Source: Vicugna vicugna
Taxonomy: Eukaryota
NCBI GenBank assembly: GCA_013265495.1
Contig: MU058213.1
Coordinates: 3,348,001-3,412,000, forward strand
DNA length: 64,000 nucleotides
Direction of reading: 5' to 3'
Positions 39,531 through 54,004 of the stretch are shown one piece after another (position 1 is the first letter of the stretch; every line of letters starts with the position of its first letter). Made by a program: the position numbers and the translations under genes. The notes under the pieces were generated by a model. The model ran no database searches. It was not told where the DNA came from and saw only the letters and a program-made list of their open reading frames with translations.

Positions 39531-40679
39531 GGAAGGCCAAAAACCCTGCATGTGTGGACAAACATACACATTTGTAAATGTATAGAAAAGCAATCCTAGA
39601 AGAACCTACATAACTATGAACAGTGACTACCTCTAGAGCAACTAAGAACTTAAATTTTTCTCTAATGTCTCAGTATTTATGGTAAGCATGTATTACCTCT
39701 GGAACTTCAAAAATAAAAATAGAAAGCAGTCAGTATCTGCAAAAGCCTTTTAAAGTTCCAGAAAGTCCTATTCAGAATCATAAACATTTCCACCAGTTTC
39801 TTTCCTCAACAGTCTGACACTATTTCTTACTAGTTTTAATGTTAATAATCTACTCAATTACCTTTATCATAGCAATGTTATTCTGTATTTTTCATCATGC
39901 ATGTATGATTTATTAGCTACCATGTGAGTTAAACAGGTCTACTTGCAAACTCATTGTTATTTGTAGCACTTTTCCCCCCTCCATGGAAAAGTGTTCACTA
40001 ACTCCAAACCACTAAATCACTCATTCAGTTTGTGTCTTTCTTATCCTCATACCCGAAGGATGTGGATCCGGAGTTCTGTCTTTAAAAGTCTCACTTTCTG
40101 AAATTTTAGGTTGTAATTACAGTATAATATTCTAGAATTAAAAGTTTTCTTGGTCTAGAATATTTACTATAGGTATGTTTAAACACTTCATTTGTCCTTA
40201 AATTGTTCTGCTATTTTTAACAGATATAAAAGTCTTCTCTATTTATAAGCTAAAACGTTACAACTCTTTTGAGTGTGTTCACTTGGATTCTTGATCAACT
40301 GAAACATCTAATCTAATCTAATCAAAAGTGTCAGCAAACATTACAATAAACCCTCCAACTTTATCTAAGACACAGTGGGAGACAGAAGTGAAACCTTGTA
40401 TCTGCCCTCAGATGACATGCCTCTTACTCTCTAAAAAGCTTTACAGCAGATAGGCTTCTTAAAAACACACACAAATAATAATAATAAAAAAACACACACA
40501 CAAATATACAAAAAACAAAACTTAGTGGAAGCTCAGAATGAAATAGTGAATTCAGATCACTGATTAACAGCTATGTGACTTTGTAAATTACTTAATGTTT
40601 CTGTCTTACTTTCTTAATCTATAAAAGGGTGAGAAATTTATTTCATAGAGTCATTTGGAGGATTAAATGAAATATTCTA

Positions 40680-42210
40680 TGCAAAGGATTTCATTCTGCC
40701 CATCTCTACCCATTCCTTCTAATACTGATTTGTTTATAACCTCTGTCTTCCAGCTCTTTCTCATCCCTACTGTTTTCCGTCTTCTACACAGACAGTCTCT
40801 TGGGCTTGCTTCTGTCTCAAGCCCTTTGCCTTTTTCTCACTTCACTCCTCTACCACCACTCACTTCTCAATCGCATCACGACCATCAGTGATGCACTAAA
40901 TGGCTTCTCCTCAATCCTCAGCTGATCTGGACTTCAGAGCATCAATAACACTGCAATTCCCTCACCTGCAGACTTCCTTCTTTTCTCTTCCTTACCCAGT
41001 CTGATGGCTCCTCTTCTTTCACCCACTCCTTAAACATAAGGCTGATTGCGTCTACAGCTCTCTTATCTTTATCTTTGCACACTACTTTTTCCTTGCAACC
41101 CCATCATCTTCCAGCACCCAATGTTAATAACTGCTGAACGTATATACTTCTAGACTTCAACTTTTCTCTTAGATCTTCAATTCTACTAACAATATGGCCA
41201 AATGTCTCCATCGAGAGGTCCCAAAGACACCTAGAGCTCACTCTCCTCACTGATTCATATTCTTTCCCCTCCCGACCCTTCCCCACCTCCTAACACGTTT
41301 TCTGCCTACCAATCCTTTTTCTTTCCAATCTGATTTAATGATGTCACCATTTAAAAACAAAGCCATAAATCTTCAAGTTATCGTCAAGAGTACAGATCAC
41401 CACCAAATCTTCATTTCCACACGTTCTCTCATACTCCTTCCATCTGTAGTACACTGATTGCAAAAGCAGCTGAAATTCTTCACTCTTCAATACCCAAGCT
41501 CTTTCTAGTGTAAACAAAGAGCTCCTTTCCCACCTCTAGAATCTGGGCTGCCCTTGAGACCTTCTTTGGCCAGCAGATCGGAAAGGAAGTAACAGCACGC
41601 CGATTCCATGCCAGCACCTTCAGAAGCCTTGCGTGACTCTCCTCACTCTCCTGGAACTTGCCACAGACACGTAAACAAACTCGGGATAGCCTGATGAGTG
41701 ATGAAAGACATGTGGTCCAATCTCTCCCATCATTCCAACCAACAGGCGGCCAGGTGGTCTCAGATCATCCCAGACCCACCCGCACCCCTCCTCCCAGCAG
41801 ACCTGCCAGCTGACTGTAAACACCTAAGTGAGCCCAGCTGAGGTCTGAGATCAGTCAATCCTGGCTCGCACCACCAGACCCACCCACCTGACCCACAGAC
41901 TTGTAGGCAGTAATATTTATCTACGTGGTAAGCCACAACGTTTAGGAGTAGTTTGTTATGAGTGATATCCAACTGATGTGCCTTCTTTTCTACTCTCATG
42001 GTTACTGCCCAAACTCATGCATCAGTCTCTGAGCTGGCTATTGGAAAGGCCCCGTAATTGGTTTCCTTGTTTTGTCTCTCACCCTGTAATCATTTATATA
42101 TATACACATGTGTATACATATTATTAAATAATTTTAATAATTGTATGTTTATCTATGTATGTGTATACATGTATGTGTGTATACACAAAAAACATTTGCT
42201 CAATGAATGC
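40680..42210 (+). mobile_element. L2 remnant interrupted by a MaLR LTR
   Basis: Degenerate CT-rich L2 sequence on both sides of 41445-41980, with an L2-like tail near 42200. Confidence 0.55.
41445..41980 (+). mobile_element. MLT1 (MLT1F/G-like) MaLR solo LTR
   Basis: Starts with TG. Contains gaatctgggctgcccttgagac, ccagctgactgtaaacacctaagtgagccc and taagccac...gtttgttatg...aactgat. The flanks ccatc/ccttc form a 4/5-matching TSD. Confidence 0.85.
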
Positions 42211-43224
42211 AGGTATTAGTGATAAGTAAAAAGTAGATGACAGCTCTATGATGGATATTACACAGAGGGAGGTTCAGAGAAGGGAGATGTCACAGGGAGA
42301 TGAAATGGTTAAGAAAAAGGTAAGTGATTCTGAGTATAGTACTTGAATTGGGTCAAATAAATATGGAGCAATGAAGACATTCCCAGGCCTCAGAGCAACC
42401 TCTTCAATCACACAGCTCATCCTAGCCTTTTAAGTCAAATGAATAACCTCATATAGAACCTTTTTTCCTATTCTGGTAAGTCTTTGACATAAAAATGTGA
42501 ACACTGGAGGGTTAATGAATCAATCACTGGCAACCCACACTATGGTCAAAATGATGAAATGAAATGCTTGGTCAGAGTTCACTGACCACTGGTCAAAGAC
42601 AGACAAAGACCCCTGTCTCAAACAATAGCTTTAGTCTTCAGAGACAGAGGGTTGTTTTCTGCACCAGCAAAGATTTTCCAGAATGCAGCTTTGCTATATA
42701 TCTCAACCAAATCCACAAATCTCAGGTGGATTTGCTTTCTTCGGGTATATAATAGCTAACTGAAAAGCAGATGATTCAGCCCCTAATTGTTGATCCAATT
42801 TGACCATTAAGACAACCAAAGTAATGATTCATGGTCTGGTCATTATAATTGTGCTACCTCCCAAACTGAATTAAACATGTGGCAATCTGATAACTCAAAG
42901 GCCACGGTGAATCAACTTAAGACAATTTGGTACCAAGTACAGTTATGGCTTTAATTTTTCAACATATGCCAGGGTAGATGTTATTTCAGATTATTAGTAT
43001 CCTTTTATAGCATAAATTTTTATGCAAGTGCAAATTACTTTCAAGACTTGGAAGTAAGACAAATAGTAAAAAGACAGCTAAGATAAAATTTTAAACTAAG
43101 CTGTCAAATAACTCAAGCAAACAAAAAACATTTACAGCAATGTAAGATAATTTAATTTCAGAAGGCCACTAACAGGACACTTTAGCTCTGACAAAACAGG
43201 GAAATGTATTTAAAACCACTCATC

Positions 43225-44465
43225 TAAAGACTTTATTCAAACTATTTCATTCATACAGAAGAGTGAGTAATGTAGGTGCTTGTAAAACAAGCACTTACGT
43301 ACATTCCGCCAAGCTTTATCAAATATTAACACTTTACCATATTTATTTCAGAGTTTTCTTAAAGAATATACAACATTACAGATTTGGCTGAAGCCTCCTG
43401 CATACCTCTCGCTGATCTGACCTTCTTCCGTCCTTCCCCAGAAGTAACCACTTACCTGAATTTAGTGTTTATTAGTTCCCTGGGTATTTCTAAATATCTG
43501 TGTATTCATAAAGTATGCATTGTTTTGCATACTTTTAATCCATATACAAAGGCACCATACCCTATGTATTCTGTAACTCATTTCTATACTCAACTTTTTT
43601 GGTCATTTATCCATATTGAGATGTACATACAACTAATCATTTTACCTAATTCATTTCACTGTATACAGTACTCCATGATTCATTAGCCATTTTCTTATTG
43701 ATGGACATATAAGTTTTTTACAACTTTTCATTATTACAAAGGATGCTTCAAGGAGCATTCTTATATAAGTCTTCTTGTGTAACAAGCAAGAATTTTCCTG
43801 AGACGTACACCTAGAAATGAAATTGGTGATTCAAAGGGCATATACATTTTCAAATTTTCCAGATATTACCAAGTTACTCTCTAAAATAGTTCCACCAATT
43901 TAGATGACCATCAGCTTACTTTGACATCATTTGTAAATATCATGTTTCTGGTTTTTGTTAATCTAGTAGATGTAAAACAGTATCATTTGAAAAATTTGGG
44001 CAGGGAGGGTACAGCTCAGTTGTAGAGTGTGTGCTTAGCATGTACGAGGTCCTGGGTTCAATCTCCAGTACCTCTGTTGAATGAATGAATGAATGAATAA
44101 ATAAATAATAAACAAACAAATACCTAATTACCTCCCCCTCAAAAAAATTAGAAAAAAACAAAAACAACTTTATCAGCTATTTAGGCTTTCTCTTCTGTGA
44201 ACTGCCTCCTGTTTAAATTCTTTTCTACTAGGATATGCGCCTTTTATTGACTTGTAGGAGATATTTATATATTTTGGTTACAATCCTTTGCCATTTAGAT
44301 TCACTGCACATATTTTGGTTGTGCGTTGTCATTTCACTCCTGGTTTAGACTGTCTTTTTAAAACTCAGAAACTTTAAACTTTTAAAAGTTTAGTAAAATT
44401 TACTAATGTTTTCCTTCATTGTTTAGGCTTTTTGTAAATTATTTTTAAATCCTTCTGTACCCAGA
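43225..44465 (-). mobile_element. Old L1 (L1ME/MD-like) 3' fragment, host of a SINE insertion
   Basis: ttgatggacat, acacctagaaatgaaatt and ttctcttctgtgaactgcct are reverse L1 ORF2/3' UTR motifs. Confidence 0.8.
44003..44167 (+). mobile_element. tRNA-derived SINE, camelid vic-1 type
   Basis: GGGAGGGTACAGCTCAGTTGTAGAG (A box)...GGGTTCAATCTCCAGTACCTC (B box), then a (TGAA)n/(TAAA)n tract, CCTAATTACCTCCCCC and an A-rich tail. Confidence 0.85.
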
Positions 44466-46671
44466 ACTAGGGCCAAAACTTCAGGCCACTTAAGCGTCTA
44501 TACTTCTCTTCTGTTTTGGTCTTCATAGATGTTTCTCTTGCTTCTGAGCCAGTATATGTCTCCCAGTTTTCTATTCTTATATTTAATCTATCATCGCTGT
44601 GTATCTGGAGCAGAGAGAAAATGTCAAAGCATGAGCGCACTGCCCCATCTTGACAAAAAAAAAATCACTTTTTTTTTTTAGTGGAGAAAAAGCTTTAGGT
44701 AAGATTAAGTTTCTAAATAAAGACAATTTCCCATGCTTATGCATCATATAAGCTTTGAAACATTATTTGTTTCAGGTGTCATGATCTAGTCCACATTGTG
44801 ACTATTCAAATGTCTTAACCATTTACACTTTAAAAATAAACATAAACAAAATAGCTTTAAGAGATGATACACATTTTTTCCTACCCAAAACATGCTATTT
44901 ATGCATCAAAATTGAGCAGCAGCTTCTTAAAGAAATATGTAAACATATTTTGATGTTGCTGAACTTGAAATTTGGAAACAATCTCTAAAAATCTGTTTAA
45001 TGAGTTCAAGTGGCAACCCCACAAGGGGTACTTTTAAGGAAAGCCCATTTAGAGAGACTTCTTGGGAGCAGAGCTCAATAGTACACAGGTAAGAAACTAT
45101 AATAATAATAATACCGAATATAACTGTGATTTTGAAACTAATAATTTATTTTTTATTTATTCAAAGAGTAAAATGTTTTTCATATTATCTAACACCAAAA
45201 ACATTTAATAACATCGGCTGTCTATATACTAAAGAAAATATTACCATCCAAAGACCTCAGTGCCAAAGCTTTCACATTTGTTTACAGGCTAATGAATTAG
45301 TTTCCATCACATCTGTGTCAAAATTGTAAGAAAGTAAGTCTGAATTTTCAGGCCAACCAGGATATTTTCCACTTGCCTTCAGGGATAAGAACACGTTCTT
45401 TAGATAATCTCAACTATGTTTTTAATCTGATTCAATGATTCTATACACAAATCTATTAGACTATTAGGAATACTATCCCTTATCCCTAAAAGCAAGAGCA
45501 TGAAGTCGGGAGCTGACCTGGGGCCTTGAGAGCATTTGAAGCATTTGTAAAAGTGACCTCAGGGCAACTCCAAGCCCTAAAGGATGCTTTTAGTGTTTGC
45601 AAAAGCAGCAGGAAGTTCCTAATCCCTTTTTCCTTAAAAAGGGGGATAAACGTCTTTGATTTAGGATCACAACACTCAGGGTCCCCTGAAATTAAAGTAT
45701 CCAAAAAACTCTGAGTACCAGGGATCCAAACTGAAGGTTTATAGGGAAAATATCCATTTTTTTTTCAGATCAAAAAGAGCTAATCTTTAAGCCAAAAAGG
45801 CAGTGAAAGAAACTCAAAAAGCCATTTAACTACTGTTAACACTAACTCCAAGTGAGAGAAAAACAGGGAATCTTTGTGATAGAACACTTAGAGGAACAAT
45901 TTATTTCTATCTCAACTGGTACAAGTTGGAGAAGAAGGCACAGGTAAATTATTCAACAAGTACATGGCTATTAAAATGTTCAACACTTGTTCAAAATAAT
46001 TTGTTTTTTTGGATACAGCCCAAAACTATCATATAGACAATCAGAATATAGCACTCTCCTTGAAAATAAAAATTACCTGCCACCAATTTATAAATGAATT
46101 TGGAATGATAATTAGCTGATTCTACAAATAAAATTTTATATCAATCACAATAGCTTTGTTTGTTGTTAACCAAGACCAAGCTTTTATTCAGAATAAACCA
46201 TGCAGGGGTTGAAGAATGACAATTTCTCTGTCAACTACAAAAGCTTTTCCTATATCACTAATCCATGTAACTAAACTAGTAGCTAGCCCTTAGTTGCTTG
46301 GAAGGCAAGTATTCACTGGAGAGGTTTTGGAATTTCAAGAGTATTTCAATAGAGTGTTGCAACATCTTCAAAATATGGAAATCATCTTCAAGTCAAGGGC
46401 TGAGAGGATCTGTTGTTCAAGAAAACAGTGTAATCTAGTTTTTTATTTTCTTCTAAATGACTCAACCACTAGGAGAAAAAAATCACTTCTTTGTCTTTTT
46501 TTTCTTTTTGTATCTATTTAGTTAAAACATTACAGAGACATGAAGAACTCTTAGGATTACAATTGCTGAGTTTATCACAGCAAAGAAAAATTTTACAGAA
46601 ATATATATAACAAAAATATAGACCACATATAACGTGTTATATATAATATATAAAATGTATGTACACACACA

Positions 46672-47112
46672 CAGGCACACCTTGTTTTACTGTGCTTCAC
46701 TTTATTGCACTTTGCAGATACTGTTACTTACAAATTGAAGGTTTGTGGCAACCCAGTGTCAAGCAAATCTATTGGTGCCATTTGTCCAAAAGCATTTGCT
46801 CATTTTGTATCTTTGTGTCACATTTTGGTAATTCTCACATTTCAAACTTCGATGTTACTATTGCAAAAAGATTACACCTTGCTGAAGACTCAGATGTTGG
46901 TTAGCATTTTTGTTAGTAATAAAGTATTTAAGTAAGATACATACATTGTTTTTTTTAGACATAATGTTACTGCACACATAACAGACTACCTTAGAGTGTA
47001 AGCAGAACTTTGCACTGGGAAACCAAAAAATTCATGTGACTCACATTATTGCTATATTTACTTCATTGTAGTGATCTAGAAATGAACCTGCAATATCTCC
47101 TAAGTATGCCTG
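46672..47112 (+). mobile_element. Internally deleted Tigger1 derivative (TcMar, Tigger1a-like), 441 bp
   Basis: TIRs caggcacacct and aagtatgcctg. The 5' part tacaaattgaaggtttgtggcaaccc and the 3' part caaaaagattac...gcactgggaaaccaaaaaattc match the two ends of Tigger1. Confidence 0.9.
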
Positions 47113-48869
47113 AATATCTTTATAAAACTTGCTAATTCCTTAAACTCAAGTTGCCATTAGGATATTGAAAGGGTTATTTATTCTCAAATAGGATTCATAT
47201 CTAGTAACGTCCTCATGCATACAGTGGTGTGCCACCTATGGTAAAAGCTGTGGTTATAGCTACAGGATACCAAAACATCTTGATGAAAAGTGGAAAATCC
47301 AGCCACTGATCAAGGGCTTTAGTTACATAACAGTTAAGTAATGGAAACACCCAAATCTCTGTTTACTGGTTTATCCTGATGTCATGGAGACCTCACTTTT
47401 ATAGGAAAGTAAAAAATGTACATATTTAACACAGGCGAAATATTCTAACTTATTTAAAAATATAAATGATATTTCCCATAAGACAGTGGACACAGGAGGC
47501 ATGTTACAACAAACCATCTCCTATTGAAAACTATTAAAATCAGGGTAAAGCACAATATTATCCTGTAGTGGAATTCAACTGGTTGTCAATGATTTTAAGA
47601 AGCTTTACAGGGTAAAGGCTCTCTCCTGCTGATTTATGAGACATTTCTTTCAAGCATGCCTCTCCAGTAATTCTATGCAAGAGAGAAAAAGCAAAGGGCC
47701 ACAGTGAAGGTTTCGGGATTTGCCATCTAAAAGCTTTTATTCTTCCAAAGAAAGAAAGTTATGACCTTTGACATTGTGCTATGGTGCCAAAGAACTGCTC
47801 ATAAATGTATGTCAGTAATGAAGCAGAAATCAATAATTTCATTTAATCTAGTCAACTATTATACAGTGGAACACAATACACTTGAAGAGCCAAATGTCCT
47901 TCTTTTATTAACACCAATGTCACCGTTTTGTTAAGATAAAAGTTTTGTTCCCTTGTTTTGTATTTTTAAAAATCATCATAATTTTCACTATCATATGTGA
48001 AAAGTGTCCAGCATTTTAGAGTTAACATGAAATCCTTTTTTTTCCTTAAAAGAAAAACTCCTTGTAAAAATTCCTACAAGTTTTTAATGCAGTATTTTTA
48101 TTTGGCCTTCTCAAATATTATGGATATACCATGTTTATAATGATATGCCTCTTAAGACTCAGATTACTTTCCATAAATAACTTCACACACACATATATAA
48201 CTAGTTTTATAAACATACACACTTTCAAACCAGTATCTCAGTTGGGTTGCTTATTAAAATCTAGTAACTGAATTGCTTAGAAAGCCACAGTACAGTGTAC
48301 ATAGTACAAGTGTTGTGGAAGTGATTGCCTTCCTTGTCTAAACTGATTTTCTAAAATATTTCAAATATTTACAGGTTATTGAGAAATGGCTACATTTGTT
48401 ATATCACATCAACATTATCTTCAGCTGATTATTAGAAGATAAAGAACAGGGAAGTTTGTTTAAAAATCAAGCTTTCCTTCTCAAGTTGGTATGCTAAAAC
48501 TTTAGAAGTGTGTATTTCAAGGGAACATCAATTTAATGGATGGCACAGAGAACTTTAATAAGCAAATGATGAATGCCTATTGATGGTTTCATATACTCAC
48601 TGATTGTTACTTTTAAAGATCATGTTCCCCAAGGCAGAACTGTATATGTGCAGTAATTATTTCATGTAAAATACAATAACAACTTAACCTTTTATATTAG
48701 TTAAATAACTTAATTTGCTTATAATAACTGCGACATTGATAAAAGTTTCAGGAACATGTAAAATGGCACTATTTTGCTAAAACACCATAACAGTATTATT
48801 TATAATTCTAAAATAACATTGGACAACATTAGAACAATGAGAAATTATCCCACTGTGAAGCTTTAGGTA

Positions 48870-50340
48870 AAATTCTGTATCCCTAAAATCTGTGCTTGAT
48901 TTCACTCTCCAGAAACTGCTTTAAGACTTTAATGACCTACTAATAGCCTGGTACAAAGAGTGTTTTTAAAGTCTTCTCTTATTGAAACTCTGCTGCATCT
49001 GATGTTGTTTCATAAATTCTTTGAAAGTTCTCCCTTGGCGTCTGTGATTCTGTACTCTCCTGGTTTTCTACCTACCTTCCTGATCACTGTCTTTGCCTCT
49101 GCTGGTTGCTCATGCTTCTTGCACGGCACCCCATCCCACTCAAAATTACCTGTGACTGAAACTTCACTTAGATCCTGGTGATGCTCAACTCAGTATCTTT
49201 AGGCCATGCACCTCTTAACTCTCAACTGCTCTCTTGGACCACCTGCTGGACAGCTCACAGACACCTAAAATGAACATATTTCAAGTCAAACTCATAACCT
49301 TTTCCCTATACTAGCTCCTCCTCCTGGGTTCCCTATTTCAGCTGGTGGCACCACCATTCACCAAGTCACTCAAACTAGACATATCAACATCATCCCGAGC
49401 TTCTCCCTCTCCTTTATTCCCCACATCTAAAAAGTACTGCCAAATTTTAACTCTAATTAGAACCTAAACCCTGTCTTCCCTTCACCCCCTTACCAGTGCC
49501 CCAGTCTAGGCGCTAATGAGCTCTCACCGTACTGCTGTCACAGCCTGCATCCCTGTTCACCTGACTTCTGCTCACACAGACTCCGGGGAGACCGATCTAA
49601 AACACAAACTGGCCAGTCCAGTCCCTTGCAGCTCCTCATCACCCACAGGATAAATTCCAGGTTCCTTAAAACGGCATGTGGTCTATACGGGGTCTTTCTC
49701 TGAGTGGATCCTGCCCACATCTCCAACTCCATTTCTGACCATCATTTCCTTGAAATTTATTCTCTCACAACACCACACAGCTTATTATCCCACACGTACC
49801 ATGTTGTTTCTCACTACTATACCTTATTAGACTAATTATTTCCCTTATCTAACTAAAATCTAGTTTTCTTTTAAAATTTAGCTTAGATATCACTTCCACA
49901 AGTATCTCTCTCTAAGTGCCTCCCACCCCCATCCCAGATTCAGAGATGCAGGGGGAAGTATTTAGAAGCAAAATGTTATGATGTCTTCAACTTGCTTTTT
50001 AGAGAGTGAGAAGGATGAAATAAATGCAGCAAAATTTTAATTAACAGCTGGGAATCTAGGTGAAAGGTATTCAGGCATTCATTATACCTGAACTTTCCTA
50101 CAGATATGAAAAATTTCAATATAAAATTAGAAAAAATAATATTACATATGCAACTCTACCAGGAACTCTACCAGAAATATACTCTACTACTGTACAATCA
50201 TACTGTTCTAAAAATTACTTATTTATTAATTCCTTTCCCTCACTAATTATTGAGGTCAGGGGCTATTTTTTGTTAACTGTGGCATTCTAAGGACTTAGCA
50301 GAGTAGGCTCTGAAGAAATATTTGTTGCAGAAATGAATGA
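48870..50340 (+). mobile_element. L2 fragment with a nested L1ME-like 3' piece (~49945-50140)
   Basis: L2 motifs ggtggcaccaccattcaccaagtcactcaa and tail aaatatttgttgcagaaatgaatga. The nested piece reads gaatctaggtgaaaggtat...tgaaaaatttcaat. Confidence 0.75.
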
Positions 50341-53300
50341 CAGTGCCAAGTCAGAAATAAGCCTAAACAAAGAATTCTAAACCAGCCAGTAAGTGCTTTA
50401 GTGCCTAGAATGTGCCAAGCATTTTCTTGGGTGCTGACAGTAGAAAGGAGTATCAGACAAGGTTACCAAAAATCCCATTAACTAGGACTGGGCTGAGATA
50501 ATGAGGAAAGACAGAAATGTAGTTGGTAGGGATGCTGAAAACTAAAACAAAGACAGCCAGCATTATACAGAGAACTGAAGTTAGAAATGTAGGAACTAAG
50601 TCCTCAAAGATCAGGCATGTGGTTTCTGAGGCAGGAAGAGATTCTTTAAGACTTCATCCTTTTCAGTTCCTGCAAAATGGTAGACTGAGTAAACATGGAT
50701 GCTCTCTCTCACTGAAAACACAAAGAAATGCTATAAAGAACATACTCAAAACAACATCACCACCACTAACAAAATTTTAAGAACAAGGGCAGAACAGTAA
50801 ACTCTGGCCTGATGCCATGATGGTCCAGAGGTGGCTATCAGCACTGGAGGCTTTTAGGAAGAGGATGTGGCTTTGTTCTATCACAACATAACTAACTGAG
50901 CCCTGAAGCTGGGATCAAGGCAGCACTTGGAGAAGGATCAGTGGAAAAACTCACCAACCAGCTAGATTAGCAACAAGGAGACTTTATTCTGGATGAGAAG
51001 AACTGCTTCCTATGACAAACACAAAAAGCCCCTGGGCTTTACCACACACTTGTGTAGATTATAAACTTATACAAATAATGTAGAGCTGCCAAGAATTAAT
51101 CCCCAAATTGGTCCATGACCAGTGAAACCATGGGGCACCAAACAGAAAGCAAACACTTTCGTAATATAGGATATATCAAGCCTTAGTGATGATTAGCTCA
51201 TAATAAATGATTACAAATCACAAAAGGGAACAATCTGCCATAAGGAAATCACCAGACACAGAAAAGGAGGAGTCTGACACCTCAAGAACTGGAGATAATA
51301 GTACAGCTGAAGAAAACTGCAAGATACGGATTTAAAATGGTTAAAAACATGAAAGATAAAAGATAAAAGCCATAAGGAAAGAACATAATGATTTGCAAAA
51401 ACAAAGATGGATGAACAGAACCTAAAGGACACATGAGACACTAGTGAACAGACCAACATATGCATTGTGGGAGTCCCAGAAGGAGAAGAAAGAGAGAATG
51501 GGGCACAAAGAGTATTTGAGGAAATAATGGCTGGAAAGTTTCCAAATCTGATGAAAACCCAAGAAATTCTACAAACTTCAAGAGGATAAATTAAGAGAGA
51601 TGTGCACATAAATACAGTTACAATCAAACTGCTGCAAGATGAAGGCAAAGAGAGAAACTTGAAAACAGTAAAAGAGACTTGTCATATACTTGTTGTTTGT
51701 CAATAACAGTTAATTTATCATCAGAGACCATGAAGCCAGAAAATAGCAGGATGACAGAGTTAAAATGACATAAAAAACTGTAAGTCAAGAGTTGTATATC
51801 CAGTAAAACTGTCTTTCAGAAATGAGGCAGAACTTAAAATATTCCTAGATAAACAAAAAGCTAAGGAATCTTATTATCACAAGACCTGCCCTACACGAAA
51901 TGCTAATGGAAATCCTTCAGGTTGAAATGAAAGGATACTAGACAGTAACTCAAAACTATATGAAGAAATAAAGATCTCCAGTAAATGTAACTAAACAGGC
52001 AAACACTAAAGTCAATAGTATCATATTTTTGGTTTGTACCTCCACTTATTTTCTACATAATTTAAAAGACAAAAGCATAAACATAATTATAAATCTGTAT
52101 TACTTGGCACATAATGTAGAAAGAGATAATGTATCACAATAAAATAAAAGGAGAGACTGAGCTGCATAGGAGCAGAGTTTCTCATGCTACTGAAGTTATG
52201 TTGGTAGACTGCTATAAATTTAGAATGTTAAATGTAATCTCCATGGTAACCACAAAGAAATATCTAAAAAATATATACAAAAGGCAATGAGAAGGGAGTA
52301 AAAACAGTTCATGACAAAAAAATCAACATGAAAGAATGCAGTAATAGTGAAATGAGAGAGAAAAAAGGTATAAGACATATAAAAAGGAATAGTAAAATGG
52401 CTGAAATCCTTTTAATCAGTAATTACATTAAATGTAAATGGATTAAATCTCTGTCAAAAGGCAGAGGTTGGTAGAATGGGTTTTTAAAAAAACATGTTTT
52501 AAGTATATACTGACTACAAGGGAGGCACTTTATATCCAAAGGAACAAATAGGTTGAATGTGAAAGATGGGAAAAGGTATTCCATGCAAATGGTAACTAAA
52601 AGAGAGTTGACTGGCTACACTAGAATCAGGCAAAATAGACTTTAAGTTAAAAACTGTTACAAGAGACAAAGGAGGACATTATATACAACGAAACAGGTCA
52701 ATTTACCAAGGAGATAAAACAAATATAAACATTTGTGTACCATGAAACAGAACCCCAAAATATATGAAGCAAACACTGACAGGATTGAAGGGAGAAATAG
52801 TTCTACAATAATAGTTGAAGACTTCAATACAACACATTCAATAATGGGCAGAACATCTAGACAGAAGATGAACATGGAAATAGAGAATTTGAAGAACACT
52901 GTAAGCCAACCAGACATAATAAAACATATAAAGACACACTACCCAACAAGAGCAGAACACACATTTTCCTCAAATACACAGAAACATTCTCCAGGACAGA
53001 ACATATGCTGGACCATAAAACTAGCCCCAAAAGGTTTTTAAGTATTAAGGTCATATAAAATATTTTCTCCAATCACAATGGAATGAAGCTGTAAATAAAA
53101 GCACAGAAGGAAAACTAGAAAACTCACACATATGTGGAAAGTGAACAACACACTCTTAACCAATTGATCAAGGAGGAAATAACCACCACCAAGGAAAAAA
53201 CCTAGAAAGTACTTTGAGATGAATGAAAATGAAAATGAAACATATCAAAAATTATGGAGTTTCGGCAAAAGCAGTGCTCAGAGGGAGATCTGTAGCTGGT

Positions 53301-53593
53301 AAATGCCTACATTAAAAGAGAAGAAGATACTCAAAATAATAATCTAAACTATACCTTGAGGAAATAGAAAAAGAGGTTAAAACTAAGTCCAAGCTAGCAA
53401 AAAGAAGAGAATAAAGATTAGAGTGGCAATAAATGAAATAGAGGATAGCAAAAAATCCCAGAATCAACAAAGTAAAAAATTGATTCTTTGACAAGATGAA
53501 CAAAATTGACAAATCTTTAGTTAGACTGACTAAGAAAAAAGAGAGAGAGGAGATATAAATAACTAAAACAAGAAATGAAAGTAGGGGCATTAC

Positions 53594-54004
53594 CACCAGA
53601 AAGAGAAAGAAAATATCATATGATATCACTTATATGTGGAATCTAAAAAAAAAAAAAAAAAGACAACAAACTTACTTACGAAACAGAAACAGACTCATAG
53701 ACAGAAAACAAACATAGTTACTAGGTAGAGAAAGGGGTGGGAAGGGATAAATTGGGAGTTCGAGATTCACAGATACTAACATATATAAAATAGATAAACA
53801 ACAAGTTTATACTGTATAGCACAGGGAACTATATTCAATATCTTGTAGTAACTTAAGTGAAAAAGAATATGAAAATGAATATATATGTCTTCATGTAGGA
53901 CTGTAGCATTATGCTATACATGAGAAATTGACACAACATTGTAAACTGACTATACTTCAATAAAAACTTATCTATATGTATACACACACACAAACACACA
54001 CAAA
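53594..54004 (+). mobile_element. Younger 5'-truncated lineage-specific L1 3' UTR inserted into the old L1 ORF2
   Basis: gatatcacttatatgtggaatct...ctgtatagcacagggaactatattcaatatcttgt...tatacttcaataaaa, flanked by a 16-bp TSD with one mismatch. Confidence 0.9.

Noticed and set aside
44003..44075. tRNA gene
   Set aside because: The tRNA-like head continues into a SINE body and A-rich tail, and a diverged second copy exists at 60290-60424.
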